From a virus (taxonomy: Duplodnaviria; Caudoviricetes): a stretch of 64,000 bases of DNA. Positions 10,901 to 20,503 of this stretch are shown in pieces. Position numbers and translations under genes: made by a program. Every line of letters starts with the position of its first letter. The stretch's first letter is position 1. Where the stretch lies: IMG/VR virus record IMGVR_UViG_3300037400_003286. One strand, given 5' to 3'. The notes under the pieces are model-generated. The model saw only the letters and a list, made by a program, of their open reading frames with translations, made no database searches and was not told where the DNA came from.

Positions 10901-11448
10901 CTATCTATGGTACACCTGAGGAAAGTCTTACATATAAATTTGCCCTTGCTCTTCGTAAGAATTTCGGATTCATTCCTCATATTACAGACAAGGATTATGT
11001 AGTAAACAGCTATCATGTTGATCCTCGTGAGGAAATCGATGCATTCAAAAAGCTTGAGATAGAAGGTGAATATCTCGCATTGTCTGCTGGTGGTGCTGTA
11101 AGTTATGTTGAGACTGCTGATTTGGATCATAATCCAGAGGCTATCATAAAAATTATACAGTGGATGCATGAGCACATCATCTATGCTGAGGTTAACAGAA
11201 AAATAGGTATTTGTAAAAAATGTGGATATGAAGGTGACATCGAACTTGTTAAGACAGAGGATGGTAACTTTAAGTTCATCTGCCCTAACTGTGGAAACGA
11301 TGACGATGAAACGCTTGATGTAACTGCTCGTATTTGTGGTTATCTCGGTAAGGTAAACGCTGGTAATACAAATAAAGGAAGACTTGATGATATTTACAAT
11401 CGTGTGATTCACACCGATATTGATGAAAACAAGGACGCGCAAGAATAA
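7936..11448 (+). CDS. nrdD: Anaerobic (class III) ribonucleoside-triphosphate reductase containing an intein
   Basis: N-terminal ATP cone, IHWHD, QYGGQT, GQTPF, MG|CRS catalytic Cys, YGTPEESL, Zn ribbon CKKC/CPNC, glycyl-radical motif RICGYL. Confidence 0.95.
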   Translation: MRVIKRNESEQDFCLDKIEKAIRKANDTVSKEDQMNDEAVQKVIATVQKKLTGFNSVKVEDIQDFVEQALVRHNKYAVAKSYILYRDSKKKNKKFTENEEKIIALIDGTSSLRGDNANKHIDDNASIRDYIAGIMCKSLANKILPKEIIKAHNDGVIHWHDADYSPTQPLHNCDIYDLENMFKYGFVMGDTLIEPNDETPFRTMVNLAAQIALLISGRQYGGQTMSWIHLVPYIDQSRKIIRKKVIEDFKEAGIELNDDKIDQITERKVREEIAEGVKIYQYQILCHSSANGQTPFVSNNLCLREAQTQRELDDFAILIEEILKRRTKGVKDPSGHYISPLFPKLLYWTCDGLNVKKGDPYYYLTELAAKCISKRMQPDIVSEPQTRKHKQGQIIPCMGCVDKDDIVTYKYKDSIYTESIKRMWDRFSSEFEIKLQEATDCYYIDLVGVCIYDSKSNGFVDCLRINKNADQGDWKLVKLSNGRSLTCTSDHPLAVIGKGRTEVKDLCIDDEIEATDFAYSAETENIDPEYAWMLATIMCDGCYERQLSSTFAMNGEDDIIDRYSKAVEKYLGLGTFVKEWHRGIKGDYKEVRATSGKCTIKETQAKLYEIFGGMRKKDRSIPSFIIHANRDARVAFMAGIIDADGYIHKSEKHFNNIEVGSTNKELAIQTMYLANTLGYDAKMLLNHYTSSDSSKIRYRIYFNTNDEIVNSITCQKKKDNYETLNRINPRDKHYIVTDIIDLGYRDEYSYDVTTGSDRFDVSGIQSHNCRSLLGPIWEERTYPIDTKFFWTEGGTYPYEKFMDERTFESLPNGEYKTGYDEGQYCINFRGNTGWLIKKTDTEVVVKQPMVYGRWNNGVITINLPYVALESREKGVDFYENLDQWLELCRKAMQERVKSCRKIKAKNSPILWMYGALARLEPEQTVGDLMDAHPTRPTVSLGYVGLYETVMALIGESNTTDNGRKLSKEIMKYLNDKLAQWKKEDNIMYAIYGTPEESLTYKFALALRKNFGFIPHITDKDYVVNSYHVDPREEIDAFKKLEIEGEYLALSAGGAVSYVETADLDHNPEAIIKIIQWMHEHIIYAEVNRKIGICKKCGYEGDIELVKTEDGNFKFICPNCGNDDDETLDVTARICGYLGKVNAGNTNKGRLDDIYNRVIHTDIDENKDAQE
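9133..10239 (+). mobile_element. Intein (369 aa) with a LAGLIDADG homing endonuclease
   Basis: Starts CVDKDD after PCMG; block B LTCTSDHP; LAGLIDADG motifs LATIMCDG and MAGIIDADG; ends YDVTTGSDRFDVSGIQSHN followed by Cys+1. Confidence 0.93.
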
Positions 11449-11464
11449 AAATCCACATTTGATT

Positions 11465-11935
11465 ATGAATTACGCTAATATTAAATATTGTTCTACAACT
11501 AACGGCACAGGTGTCCGTACATCTGTGTTCGTTAGCGGTTGCAGGATTCACTGCAAAGGTTGCTTCAATCAACAGGCATGGGATTTCAAGTATGGTAAGG
11601 AATTCACAGATGAGGTGATTGAACGTGTGTTGGACTCCATTGAACCAGTTTATTGCTCTGGACTTACTATTTTAGGTGGAGAGCCTCTTGATCCAAATAA
11701 TCTCGAAGGTGTTAATCATCTGATCGATCGATTCAGGGAAAGATTCGGAAAATCAGAAGAGAAGACAATTTGGTTATATACTGGATATAAATTTGATTCA
11801 CTTACACAGGAGCAACATAATGTTGCCAGTAAGTGTGACACTGTTGTTGATGGTCCGTTTGAGCTTGAGAAAGCTGATGTAAATCTGGCTTTCAGAGGTT
11901 CATCGAACCAAAAAATAATAAATGTTAATGAGTAA
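11465..11935 (+). CDS. nrdG: Anaerobic RNR activating radical-SAM enzyme
   Basis: NGTGVRTSVFVSGCRIHCKGCFN (CxxxCxxC), LGGEPL, VVDGPF, FRGSSNQ. Start placed at MNYANIK; the ORF track extends it to 11420. Confidence 0.95.
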   Translation: MNYANIKYCSTTNGTGVRTSVFVSGCRIHCKGCFNQQAWDFKYGKEFTDEVIERVLDSIEPVYCSGLTILGGEPLDPNNLEGVNHLIDRFRERFGKSEEKTIWLYTGYKFDSLTQEQHNVASKCDTVVDGPFELEKADVNLAFRGSSNQKIINVNE

Positions 11936-13553
11936 TAAAAAGATAGAGGGTGAATTCTACACCCCAGAACTGTTTGCCAACTTCGCTCATAAGATACTTG
12001 AAAAGCATTTTGGTAAGAACTGGTATAATGAATATTATGTCTGGGATCCAGCATGGGGTATAGGAAACCTGACAAAATCAAAGAAATTCAAACATCTGTA
12101 TGCATCTACGTTACATCAAAGTGACATAGATGCATCTGATGCTAATAAAGAAGCTGAAAAATTTCAGTTCGATTTCCTTAATGATCCTATCAAGTCGTTG
12201 TTCGGATTACATATTCCACAAGGATTATATTACGCTTTGACTAACAACAAGCCTATTATATTCCTTATGAATCCTCCATATGCAGCACCTAATGATTTCA
12301 AGGATGGATTCAAGGACGTATCGATAAACACATACACCCAATCATTCATGGGTGATATGAAATATGCAAAACAGAATCTTTTCTCACAGTTCCTGTATAG
12401 AATAATGATGCTTAAGAATTCATATAATCTTACAAATTGTAACATATGTGTTTTCTCAAGTTCTGTTTTCATGTCTGGATCTGGATATGAGAAATTCAGA
12501 AAATCATTCCTTGAGTCTTTCCATTTCATAGATGGCTACCTGTTCAATGCTTCGTATTTCGATGAATGTTCTAAGAGATGGGGTATAAGTCTTTCTGTCT
12601 GGAAATCTGGTGAAGGTGAAAACAAACATGATTTCAAACATCATCTTATTGATGTAAAGAACGGAAAGGTCGAGATAATAGGATCAAAGATTATTTATAA
12701 TATTGACGGAGAAAACAGTTTCAGAAATTTCTGTAAGGAAGCTCTAAGAGGAAAGAAGACATATCCGACAATAACACTGAAGAATCCAATAACAGTTGGA
12801 ACGAAGGATGGATCCATGATGACAACAGATGCTATAGGATTCTATGTCAATGCAAGCAATAATGTATATAAGTCATTGCAGCAATGTTATTTCCTCAGCA
12901 CAGCACCAGACAATGTTCTTTCTGGATTCTCTGTAACAAAGGAGAATTTCCTTCCAGTCTGTGCGAATTTCGCATCCAGGAAGGTTATAACTAACAACTG
13001 GATAAACAACAAGGATGAATTCCTTGCACCTGTTATAACTGAGGAAAACCACGAATTGTGGGCAGAATTCATATCAGACAGTATCGTTTATTCAATGTTC
13101 AATGCAGCAAGTTGCCAGAGTGCAATGCAACCTGTATCATGGAAAGGATATGACTACAAGATAAAGAATGCTTTCTTCTTTATGGGAAGAAAGGAGATGA
13201 TGGAGCTTGCTGGTACATATGAGTATTATGATATGATCAAGACAACATTCGATGATGAAGACAGATATGCATATGAATTGCTTGAAGGAAAGGTAGGAGA
13301 GAAACTTAGCAATGAAGGAAAAGTCGTACTTGATTATGCAAGAAACCTTTTATCTGATTCAATGAAAGATCGATCTTCTTTCAACACAGAACATCCAGAA
13401 CTTCATATCATGTGCTGGGATGCTGGATATTATCAATTAAGACCATTATGGAAGCAATATTATCCAGAGAGATTGAAGGAATTCAGGTCATTGTATAAGA
13501 AACTTGCTAGCAAATTGAGAAAACAGGTATATGCGCTTGGTATATTAGAGTGA
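11922..13553 (+). CDS. N6-adenine DNA methyltransferase with a probable C-terminal target-recognition region
   Basis: GEFYTP, VWDPAWGIGNL (motif I), MNPPY (motif IV). Confidence 0.8.
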   Translation: MLMSNKKIEGEFYTPELFANFAHKILEKHFGKNWYNEYYVWDPAWGIGNLTKSKKFKHLYASTLHQSDIDASDANKEAEKFQFDFLNDPIKSLFGLHIPQGLYYALTNNKPIIFLMNPPYAAPNDFKDGFKDVSINTYTQSFMGDMKYAKQNLFSQFLYRIMMLKNSYNLTNCNICVFSSSVFMSGSGYEKFRKSFLESFHFIDGYLFNASYFDECSKRWGISLSVWKSGEGENKHDFKHHLIDVKNGKVEIIGSKIIYNIDGENSFRNFCKEALRGKKTYPTITLKNPITVGTKDGSMMTTDAIGFYVNASNNVYKSLQQCYFLSTAPDNVLSGFSVTKENFLPVCANFASRKVITNNWINNKDEFLAPVITEENHELWAEFISDSIVYSMFNAASCQSAMQPVSWKGYDYKIKNAFFFMGRKEMMELAGTYEYYDMIKTTFDDEDRYAYELLEGKVGEKLSNEGKVVLDYARNLLSDSMKDRSSFNTEHPELHIMCWDAGYYQLRPLWKQYYPERLKEFRSLYKKLASKLRKQVYALGILE

Positions 13554-13635
13554 CGCTATGATACACTGATGAATAATATTATTATTTTAATAATTTCATT
13601 TATTAAAAATAAATATAAAAAATATAATTTGTAGA

Positions 13636-14502
13636 ATGTTTATAATACAAAAGAAATCACATTCTGTTAATGTTCTGTTTGAAAATCTAGAAGATCAAAA
13701 CGATAATTTTAATTTCGAAATAATAAAATTTTCTAGTTCAATTTTCTCAAATGAGTGTAAAAGAAGATTTGGTGTAAATTTTTCTAAAGATCAAACACCA
13801 CAAGATATTATGTTTTTTGTTATACCCTCCGAGAAATTAGACATAAATAAAATCATGGTTAGAGTTTTTTGTATTGTTAAATTTACAGCTAAAGATGGAA
13901 AAGAATATAGATTATTGTATTATACATCAAGTGGATCTGGTGGAAAAAATATAGAAAACAAATGGTATCCAGTTTTTGGTATATATGATGATGGAGACAT
14001 GCGTTGGATTATAAAGACAAACGGAAAAGACATGGAAAATAAAATAAATGGAAAATCTGCTCCATATGGTATAAGAGAACTTGGAATAATAAAAGATTTC
14101 CTAGATCTTAAATACGATCCAAAAATGTTTGAAAGCTATTGGAAAAAATATGTTGTATTTGGATGTAAAGTTCAAAAAATAATTATAGAAAATCTTAATA
14201 AAATATATACCGATGAAGAATTAAAAAAATCTGGAATAACGAATATATTTGAAGCTGATAAAAAATTTTTTCCATTTGATAAACTTATAAATGATAAGAC
14301 GAATGCATTTTTCTGTCTTGATAATAAATATGGTCCTTGGAATAAGAAATATTATGTTTCTGGAGATTTTAATGAATTACTTATTGATATAGCATATAAT
14401 TTTTTAAAAATTGAAACAGAAAAATATTTTAAAGGAACAATATATGATAAATCATCTAAATGTGCGAAAGATAGAATTAATTTTATAAAATCTAAATTAT
14501 AA
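13636..14502 (+). CDS. Hypothetical protein (very AT-rich)
   Basis: 288-aa ORF; VLFENLE near the N-terminus. Confidence 0.6.
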   Translation: MFIIQKKSHSVNVLFENLEDQNDNFNFEIIKFSSSIFSNECKRRFGVNFSKDQTPQDIMFFVIPSEKLDINKIMVRVFCIVKFTAKDGKEYRLLYYTSSGSGGKNIENKWYPVFGIYDDGDMRWIIKTNGKDMENKINGKSAPYGIRELGIIKDFLDLKYDPKMFESYWKKYVVFGCKVQKIIIENLNKIYTDEELKKSGITNIFEADKKFFPFDKLINDKTNAFFCLDNKYGPWNKKYYVSGDFNELLIDIAYNFLKIETEKYFKGTIYDKSSKCAKDRINFIKSKL

Positions 14503-14606
14503 GATAAAGATAAAAAATAACTTGTAATAGTAAAGTGAACTAACTCTTCAGTCTTTGCGAAATTGAAATTTTAGAATTAATTATAAATGTGAGAATTTTC
14601 TAACCT

Positions 14607-15398
14607 TTATCTATATTTTTGCATCTGCATACTGCTTTCCATAAACTTAAAATCTTTATAATATATTTCTGATTGCTTAAAATTTGAAAGAACCCATACA
14701 CTGAAAATCCTTTCTTGCAGGAATCCACCTATCAGCATATGATACTCTATAGGCTTTAATCTTAATACGATTGATGTATAATTCAGTTTATTTGAAACAT
14801 ACCATTTCAGAATATCTCTATTTAAGAAATTCATACGTATAGCATATGCGTTTAATATAGAGAATAAGAATTCGCAATATCTGCAATATTCACTATATGG
14901 AAGTATATATGAAGATGAGAAGAAAAGTGCATTGCTTTTGTTAAATATTTCATTAAATGCCTTTGAATATAATGGCTGTATTTCATAAAATATACTTTCA
15001 AAAGCATCTATGTTTATATAAGGATGGCATTTTTCTATATGTTTTTTCAACGATAATCCAAGAATCATAGGTTTGTTACATATGATCTTATGTTCATTAA
15101 ATATGGTATCGAAATTAAAATTCTCGTCGAATTGAAGTCTTCTTCTATATTGACATTGACCTATGTATTTTGTCTTAGGTGCATTTTTCCATATCCAGTA
15201 TGTTCCTGTTGTTTCACTATAATAAAAATTCTTGTCTGATATGTTATCACCTGTATTGTCTTTAAGATCGCATACATCTACTTTATTACTTGCTGCACCA
15301 CATTGTAATGGCGTATACAATGAGTTATCCCATAACCCATAGTTTACCTTGTTATAAGCAAGTTCATAGATTTGAATGTCATCTCTTTTCTGTATCAT
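14607..15398 (-). CDS. DUF4422-type glycosyltransferase-like protein
   Basis: PLQCGA, DNTGDNISDKNFYYSETTGTYWIWKN, IGQCQYRR, YCEFLFSIL, GFLQER. Confidence 0.8.
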   Translation of the reverse strand: MIQKRDDIQIYELAYNKVNYGLWDNSLYTPLQCGAASNKVDVCDLKDNTGDNISDKNFYYSETTGTYWIWKNAPKTKYIGQCQYRRRLQFDENFNFDTIFNEHKIICNKPMILGLSLKKHIEKCHPYINIDAFESIFYEIQPLYSKAFNEIFNKSNALFFSSSYILPYSEYCRYCEFLFSILNAYAIRMNFLNRDILKWYVSNKLNYTSIVLRLKPIEYHMLIGGFLQERIFSVWVLSNFKQSEIYYKDFKFMESSMQMQKYR

Positions 15399-15530
15399 AT
15401 AAAATTTTTTAATTGTGATTTATTTATTTGTTTCAAAAATAAGTTGTATATTTGCAACGTGATATGATATATATAAAATAATCATTAAGATAACTTTAAC
15501 GTATAATAATATAAAGATATAAATTGATAA

Positions 15531-17108
15531 ATGGCGAGTAATAACACGTTTATACAAAATGTCTATTATCATTACATATTATCAGAACCGTCCCTTGTAA
15601 CCAGGTTTGAGCCAGATTTTTTCTCTGCCAAACCTGTTCAGTATGCTTTCAAGCTTGCAAAGGACTATGCTGTAAAGTATCATCAGGCTCCTACTGTAGA
15701 TCAGCTTAAACAGCTTGTTATCGAGAATAACATGCAGGATGTTCTACAGGATGATGTTATTGATGTTCTGTATGCCCAGAGACAAATGTTGTCACAATAT
15801 ACTGATGAATGGTTATATGATGAGACAACAAACTGGGCTATACTTGAGAATGTCAAGAAATCAATCGTTGATGCTGCTGCATACCTTAAGCTTAACCAGG
15901 ATGAGATGGAATCTGGAAATGCAAAGCAGATTGTTGAACACATTAAGACCATGTTCAATAGATCCTGTGTTCTTGAATTCTCTGATGATCTTGAGACTGG
16001 ATCTGATTTCTGGGATGCTGAAAGTCACAAGCAGAAGAAACTTATAAGGTCATCATTAGGATATGATTTCATTGATTTCTGTCTTAATGGCGGTGGATTC
16101 CCAGGTGCTTTGATATGTTTTGCTGGTGCTCCGAAGACTGGTAAGTCCCTTTGGCTACAGAACATTTGTGTCAAGTCTGTAGAGAAGGGTGAAAACAATG
16201 CGTATATTACGCTTGAGCTTCCAGAGGAGATGGTAATATCACGTATGGGTGCTAATATGTTCTCCATACCTTCACTTGAATATGATAAGTATACAAAGGA
16301 TACTATAGAGTTCAAGGAGAAGATGACAAGGTACAGAAAGTCAAAGCTTGTCAAGCCTGGTGCTCTTATAGTAAAGGATTTCCCGACATCAACACTTAGC
16401 GTTATTGAACTTGAGAGTTATCTTCTTGCTAAGGAGGAGGAACTTTCTACTGAAGGTCATCCGTTCAAGTTCAAGAATATCTTCATTGACTATCTGAATA
16501 TCATGAAGAATTACAGAAATCCTAATTCAGAGAACACATACATGAAAATCAAGCAGATTGCAGAGGATCTTCGTGCTATGGGTAAGAAGAATGGATGGTG
16601 TATCATTACAGCGACACAGACTAACCGTTCACAGTTCGATACAAATGACATCAATGCTAGCCAGATTTCAGAGTCTGCTGGCCTTGGTGCTACCGTAGAT
16701 GCTATGTTCGGTATTATTGCTGATGCACTTATGCTCGCACAGGGTAAGTATTATCTGAAGTGTATATATGACCGTGTATCACCTCAGGCTAATAAGAAGA
16801 AACTGTTTGACTGCAACTTCAATTTCCTAAGAATTTCAGAGGATGCGACAGAGGGTATCATTGATACTGCACTTATCAGTCCTGTTGATTCAAGCAACAA
16901 ATTCATCAGGGGTGCTGCAAAACAGAGAAGCAAGATCGATCAGAAGTTCGCACCAGGTGCTGTTGATAAACCAGCAGATGAACCAAATCAGGCACATAAT
17001 CTTGTTGATGTTGTTGTGCCACAGGCGGTGAAGGAGAATACAATTGCCTCGCCATTTATTAAAGTAAAAGGACAGGGACTGTTCGATCAAAACAAAACAA
17101 CAGTATAA
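15531..17108 (+). CDS. gp41: Replicative DnaB-like helicase (T4 gp41-like)
   Basis: Walker A GAPKTGKS, YITLEL, FIDYLNIM, ITATQTNR, ISESAGL. Confidence 0.9.
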   Translation: MASNNTFIQNVYYHYILSEPSLVTRFEPDFFSAKPVQYAFKLAKDYAVKYHQAPTVDQLKQLVIENNMQDVLQDDVIDVLYAQRQMLSQYTDEWLYDETTNWAILENVKKSIVDAAAYLKLNQDEMESGNAKQIVEHIKTMFNRSCVLEFSDDLETGSDFWDAESHKQKKLIRSSLGYDFIDFCLNGGGFPGALICFAGAPKTGKSLWLQNICVKSVEKGENNAYITLELPEEMVISRMGANMFSIPSLEYDKYTKDTIEFKEKMTRYRKSKLVKPGALIVKDFPTSTLSVIELESYLLAKEEELSTEGHPFKFKNIFIDYLNIMKNYRNPNSENTYMKIKQIAEDLRAMGKKNGWCIITATQTNRSQFDTNDINASQISESAGLGATVDAMFGIIADALMLAQGKYYLKCIYDRVSPQANKKKLFDCNFNFLRISEDATEGIIDTALISPVDSSNKFIRGAAKQRSKIDQKFAPGAVDKPADEPNQAHNLVDVVVPQAVKENTIASPFIKVKGQGLFDQNKTTV

Positions 17109-17110
17109 TT

Positions 17111-17638
17111 ATGCTGGAAGATAAAATATTTGAAAACTCGTTTGATAAAGTCGAGTATGGCGTAGAGAGAACCACACAAGCGTCTATACAGATATCCCCG
17201 TTTGTGGAAAAGCAATATGAAGAAAGCGTATCAGAAAACATAGACGAGATTTATACAAGACGCAGGCTTATGCAACTTATGTATGAACTGTATCTCAAAT
17301 CAGAATTTTTCGATAAGTACGGTCAGAAACAACATGTGGATGCAAGTAAGGATTCAAGTACATTGAACTATGAGGATCTTGTCTATAATCCAGTTGTCAA
17401 GAAAGTTGAGCGTGGTGATCTTTTTAAGATTTATTATCATTTCAAGGATGAACTACAAAAGCAGCACGAATTCTCAATCATACAGATTTTCTGTACTATC
17501 GCTGAATTCTTTGATTTGAACTACAAGACATTATATAACGATATTCTTACGCTTGAGGATAAGGTTAATATATTGGAACACCTTGAGAAAGAATACGGTT
17601 TGGATAAACATTTTGCAAGATCAAAAGCATTATTCTAA
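17111..17638 (+). CDS. Hypothetical protein; C-terminus may be related to the T4 gp33 late-transcription co-activator
   Basis: 175 aa; helical C-terminal pattern ending SKALF (pattern resemblance only). Confidence 0.45.
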   Translation: MLEDKIFENSFDKVEYGVERTTQASIQISPFVEKQYEESVSENIDEIYTRRRLMQLMYELYLKSEFFDKYGQKQHVDASKDSSTLNYEDLVYNPVVKKVERGDLFKIYYHFKDELQKQHEFSIIQIFCTIAEFFDLNYKTLYNDILTLEDKVNILEHLEKEYGLDKHFARSKALF

Positions 17639-18762
17639 TGGCAAGAACAAAAACAAAAGATCCGTTTGATCAGATTATATTCATATCAGACGTACATTTC
17701 GGAAAAGGATCTATAGAATGGCTACAGAATATGAAGGATTATTTCGATAATTTCTTCATACCTTTTGTACGTCAGCAGAAGAAGTCACATAATCCTTGTG
17801 TCGTAATAGCTGGTGATTACTTCGACAACAGACAGAGTATCGATATTAACGTTCTTAACGTTGCCATTGATACTATGAAGGATATAGCAAAAGAGTGTCA
17901 GGTTTATGTTGTAATAGGAAACCATGACATATACAAGAAATGTGAAACAGACGTTACATCATTGAAACCATTCGATGATGTTGAAAACGTATATCTTATA
18001 TATGATCAATATGAACTCATTCTAAAGGATGATAAGAAAGTATTGCTTGTATCCTGGGTTGGTGATTTCAAGAAAGAGAATAAGATTATTGCAGAGAACA
18101 AAGATAAGTATGATCTTCTTGTTTTCCATACTGAGCTTTCTGGAATGACGTATGATAACAACAGACCGATTATCAACGGACTTAATCTTGATGTTGTCGA
18201 TGATGATAAGATTGTTTCTGGACACATTCACAAGAGACAGGAATCAAAGAAGGGAATATATCTTGGCTCACCTTATCATATGACAAGATCAGATATAGGA
18301 AACAGAAAGGGTATATATACTTTCACTGTAGACAATGGAAACCTTGTAAGGTCTTTCTACGAAAACACATACTCTCCAGAATATGTTCTGAAGAGATTTT
18401 CTGATATTGGTAGGAACCCAGAGGACTGGAAGGATATTGTAGCTAACAATTATATGTATATTGTCTTTACGAGTGAGGAACTTGAAGTTGTCAATACTGA
18501 GAAATTCATCAACGAACTCAGACAATATAAACCAAAGAATATAGAGTTAATCGAGGAAAGAACAAAGGTTGATCTTAATTCACAGCAGGTGACTGTAAAC
18601 GAAGACGGTGAAGTGATCGATCTTAATGTAAAACCTGATGCTACAGTCGAGGAAATATTTGAAGTCAAGTTACAGGCATTCAAACTAAAGAAGAAAGAGC
18701 AGAAGGAGATAAACAAGATTAATATTGAATACTTAAAGAGAGCAGCAGAAGAATTAGCATGA
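17638..18762 (+). CDS. gp47: Recombination endonuclease subunit (gp47/SbcD/Mre11 metallophosphoesterase)
   Basis: SDVHFG, AGDYFD, GNHD, SGHIH, YLGSPY. Confidence 0.92.
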   Translation: MARTKTKDPFDQIIFISDVHFGKGSIEWLQNMKDYFDNFFIPFVRQQKKSHNPCVVIAGDYFDNRQSIDINVLNVAIDTMKDIAKECQVYVVIGNHDIYKKCETDVTSLKPFDDVENVYLIYDQYELILKDDKKVLLVSWVGDFKKENKIIAENKDKYDLLVFHTELSGMTYDNNRPIINGLNLDVVDDDKIVSGHIHKRQESKKGIYLGSPYHMTRSDIGNRKGIYTFTVDNGNLVRSFYENTYSPEYVLKRFSDIGRNPEDWKDIVANNYMYIVFTSEELEVVNTEKFINELRQYKPKNIELIEERTKVDLNSQQVTVNEDGEVIDLNVKPDATVEEIFEVKLQAFKLKKKEQKEINKINIEYLKRAAEELA

Positions 18763-20441
18763 AAATAGTAAAGTTACAATGGAGAAACATATTCAGTTAT
18801 GGTGACGATATAACTGAAATCGAATTCAGTGATGAAGGAAAGCTTTGGCAGTTGTCTGGAAAATCTGGATCTGGAAAGAGCAGCCTTTTGTCAATACCTA
18901 AGCTGTTGCTTTTCGGAAAGACTGAAGGTGGTGACGGTAAGCCAGTAGATATGGCTGACATTTCAAACTGGCTTAACAAGAAAGGATGGATTTGCGGTAC
19001 AATAGTAAAGAATAACGATACTTATGTAATCGAAAGAACATTCTCCCCTTCAGCATTGACTATAACAAAAAACGGTGAACCTCTTGACAAGGCTGGTGTA
19101 AAGAATATGCAAGGTATTATAGATACAGAAATCATGGATAATATGCCTTACAATATCTTTGCCAATGTTATGAGTCTTTCTCTTAATAACTTCAAGTCTT
19201 TCATTTCAATGTCACCAGCAGACAAAAGACTTATTATTGACAAGATATTCTCTCTTGAGATCATTAACAAGGTATATGAACTTGTCAGGAAGGATATGAA
19301 GGATTTGGGCAATTCCATCAATATAAGCAATTCCCAGATTTATTCGTTGGACCAAACAATAAAGACATCACAGACAGAGCTTGATAACCTTAATTCAAAT
19401 GTAGAGGTTGATGTTACAGAACAATTGAATGCTATAAAGCTAAAGCTTCAGAAAGTTGATCAGCTATATGCACAGCAGAATCAGATTTATACGCAACTGT
19501 ATAATCAGTATACTGAATCATATAAAATTGATCAACAGCTTCTTGTTTCAATAAATGGAGAGAATTTTGAGATAGGAAACCTTAATAAGAAGATCGATCT
19601 TTTCAACCAGGATAAATGTCCTACTTGTGGAACATCATTTGCGTCTGATGAATTCAAGACTCTAAAGGAGGATCTTCTTAGACAACTCAAGGAAAGACAG
19701 GAAACACTGTCATCATATAATCAGAAGCATAATGAACTTGTTGCACAGTTGAATACAATCAATACACAGATGCAGGAGGTTCAGATTAATATTCAGAAAA
19801 TCAATGCAAAGAAAAACGAACTGATTACTGAATACACAAGAACAGAGGCATCAAGTTCAAATGTTCAGGAATCAACAGCAATTCAGAATATCATTAACCA
19901 GACTAACAAGACAAAAGAGGATCTGGAAAAGAGTATCGTTGAGGCTAATGAGAAAATGAAGAGACTGGAGATTATTGAAACAATGTATTCTGCTGACGGT
20001 ATCAAGCAGACCATGATGAATAACTATATTCCTACACTGAATGAGGAAATTGCCGATACATTGAATTTCTTAGGTTTCCCTTATTCACTGGAGTTTGATA
20101 ATAACTTTGATCCTCATATGCAGTATCTTGGTAGAAGTATCAAACCAAAGAGCCTGAGTATTGGTGAGCATAAGAAAGTTGATTTAACTGTACTTTGTTC
20201 TCTGTTGAAGATGATCAAGCGAAAGTATCCTCAGATTAATCTTGTGTGCCTGGATGAGACTGTTAGTTCACTCGATTATGAAAGTTCGACTGAGATTATT
20301 AAGTATCTGAAGGAAATATCAAAGGAAATGAATCTGAATATATTCATCGTTTCACACACTATGCTTGATGAGAATCTGTTCGATGAACACATCCTGGTTG
20401 AGAAAAATGCAGAATATAGCGTACTTAATAGAGTAAAATAA
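18759..20441 (+). CDS. gp46: Recombination ATPase subunit (gp46/SbcC/Rad50)
   Basis: GKSGSGKS, coiled coil, Zn hook CPTCG, LSIGE signature, CLDE Walker B, IVSH. Confidence 0.92.
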   Translation: MKIVKLQWRNIFSYGDDITEIEFSDEGKLWQLSGKSGSGKSSLLSIPKLLLFGKTEGGDGKPVDMADISNWLNKKGWICGTIVKNNDTYVIERTFSPSALTITKNGEPLDKAGVKNMQGIIDTEIMDNMPYNIFANVMSLSLNNFKSFISMSPADKRLIIDKIFSLEIINKVYELVRKDMKDLGNSINISNSQIYSLDQTIKTSQTELDNLNSNVEVDVTEQLNAIKLKLQKVDQLYAQQNQIYTQLYNQYTESYKIDQQLLVSINGENFEIGNLNKKIDLFNQDKCPTCGTSFASDEFKTLKEDLLRQLKERQETLSSYNQKHNELVAQLNTINTQMQEVQINIQKINAKKNELITEYTRTEASSSNVQESTAIQNIINQTNKTKEDLEKSIVEANEKMKRLEIIETMYSADGIKQTMMNNYIPTLNEEIADTLNFLGFPYSLEFDNNFDPHMQYLGRSIKPKSLSIGEHKKVDLTVLCSLLKMIKRKYPQINLVCLDETVSSLDYESSTEIIKYLKEISKEMNLNIFIVSHTMLDENLFDEHILVEKNAEYSVLNRVK

Positions 20442-20503
20442 TCAATTTCATTTTCACATATCAAATATTAGTTGTATATTTGCAACAGTAAAGAACATAA
20501 GAA

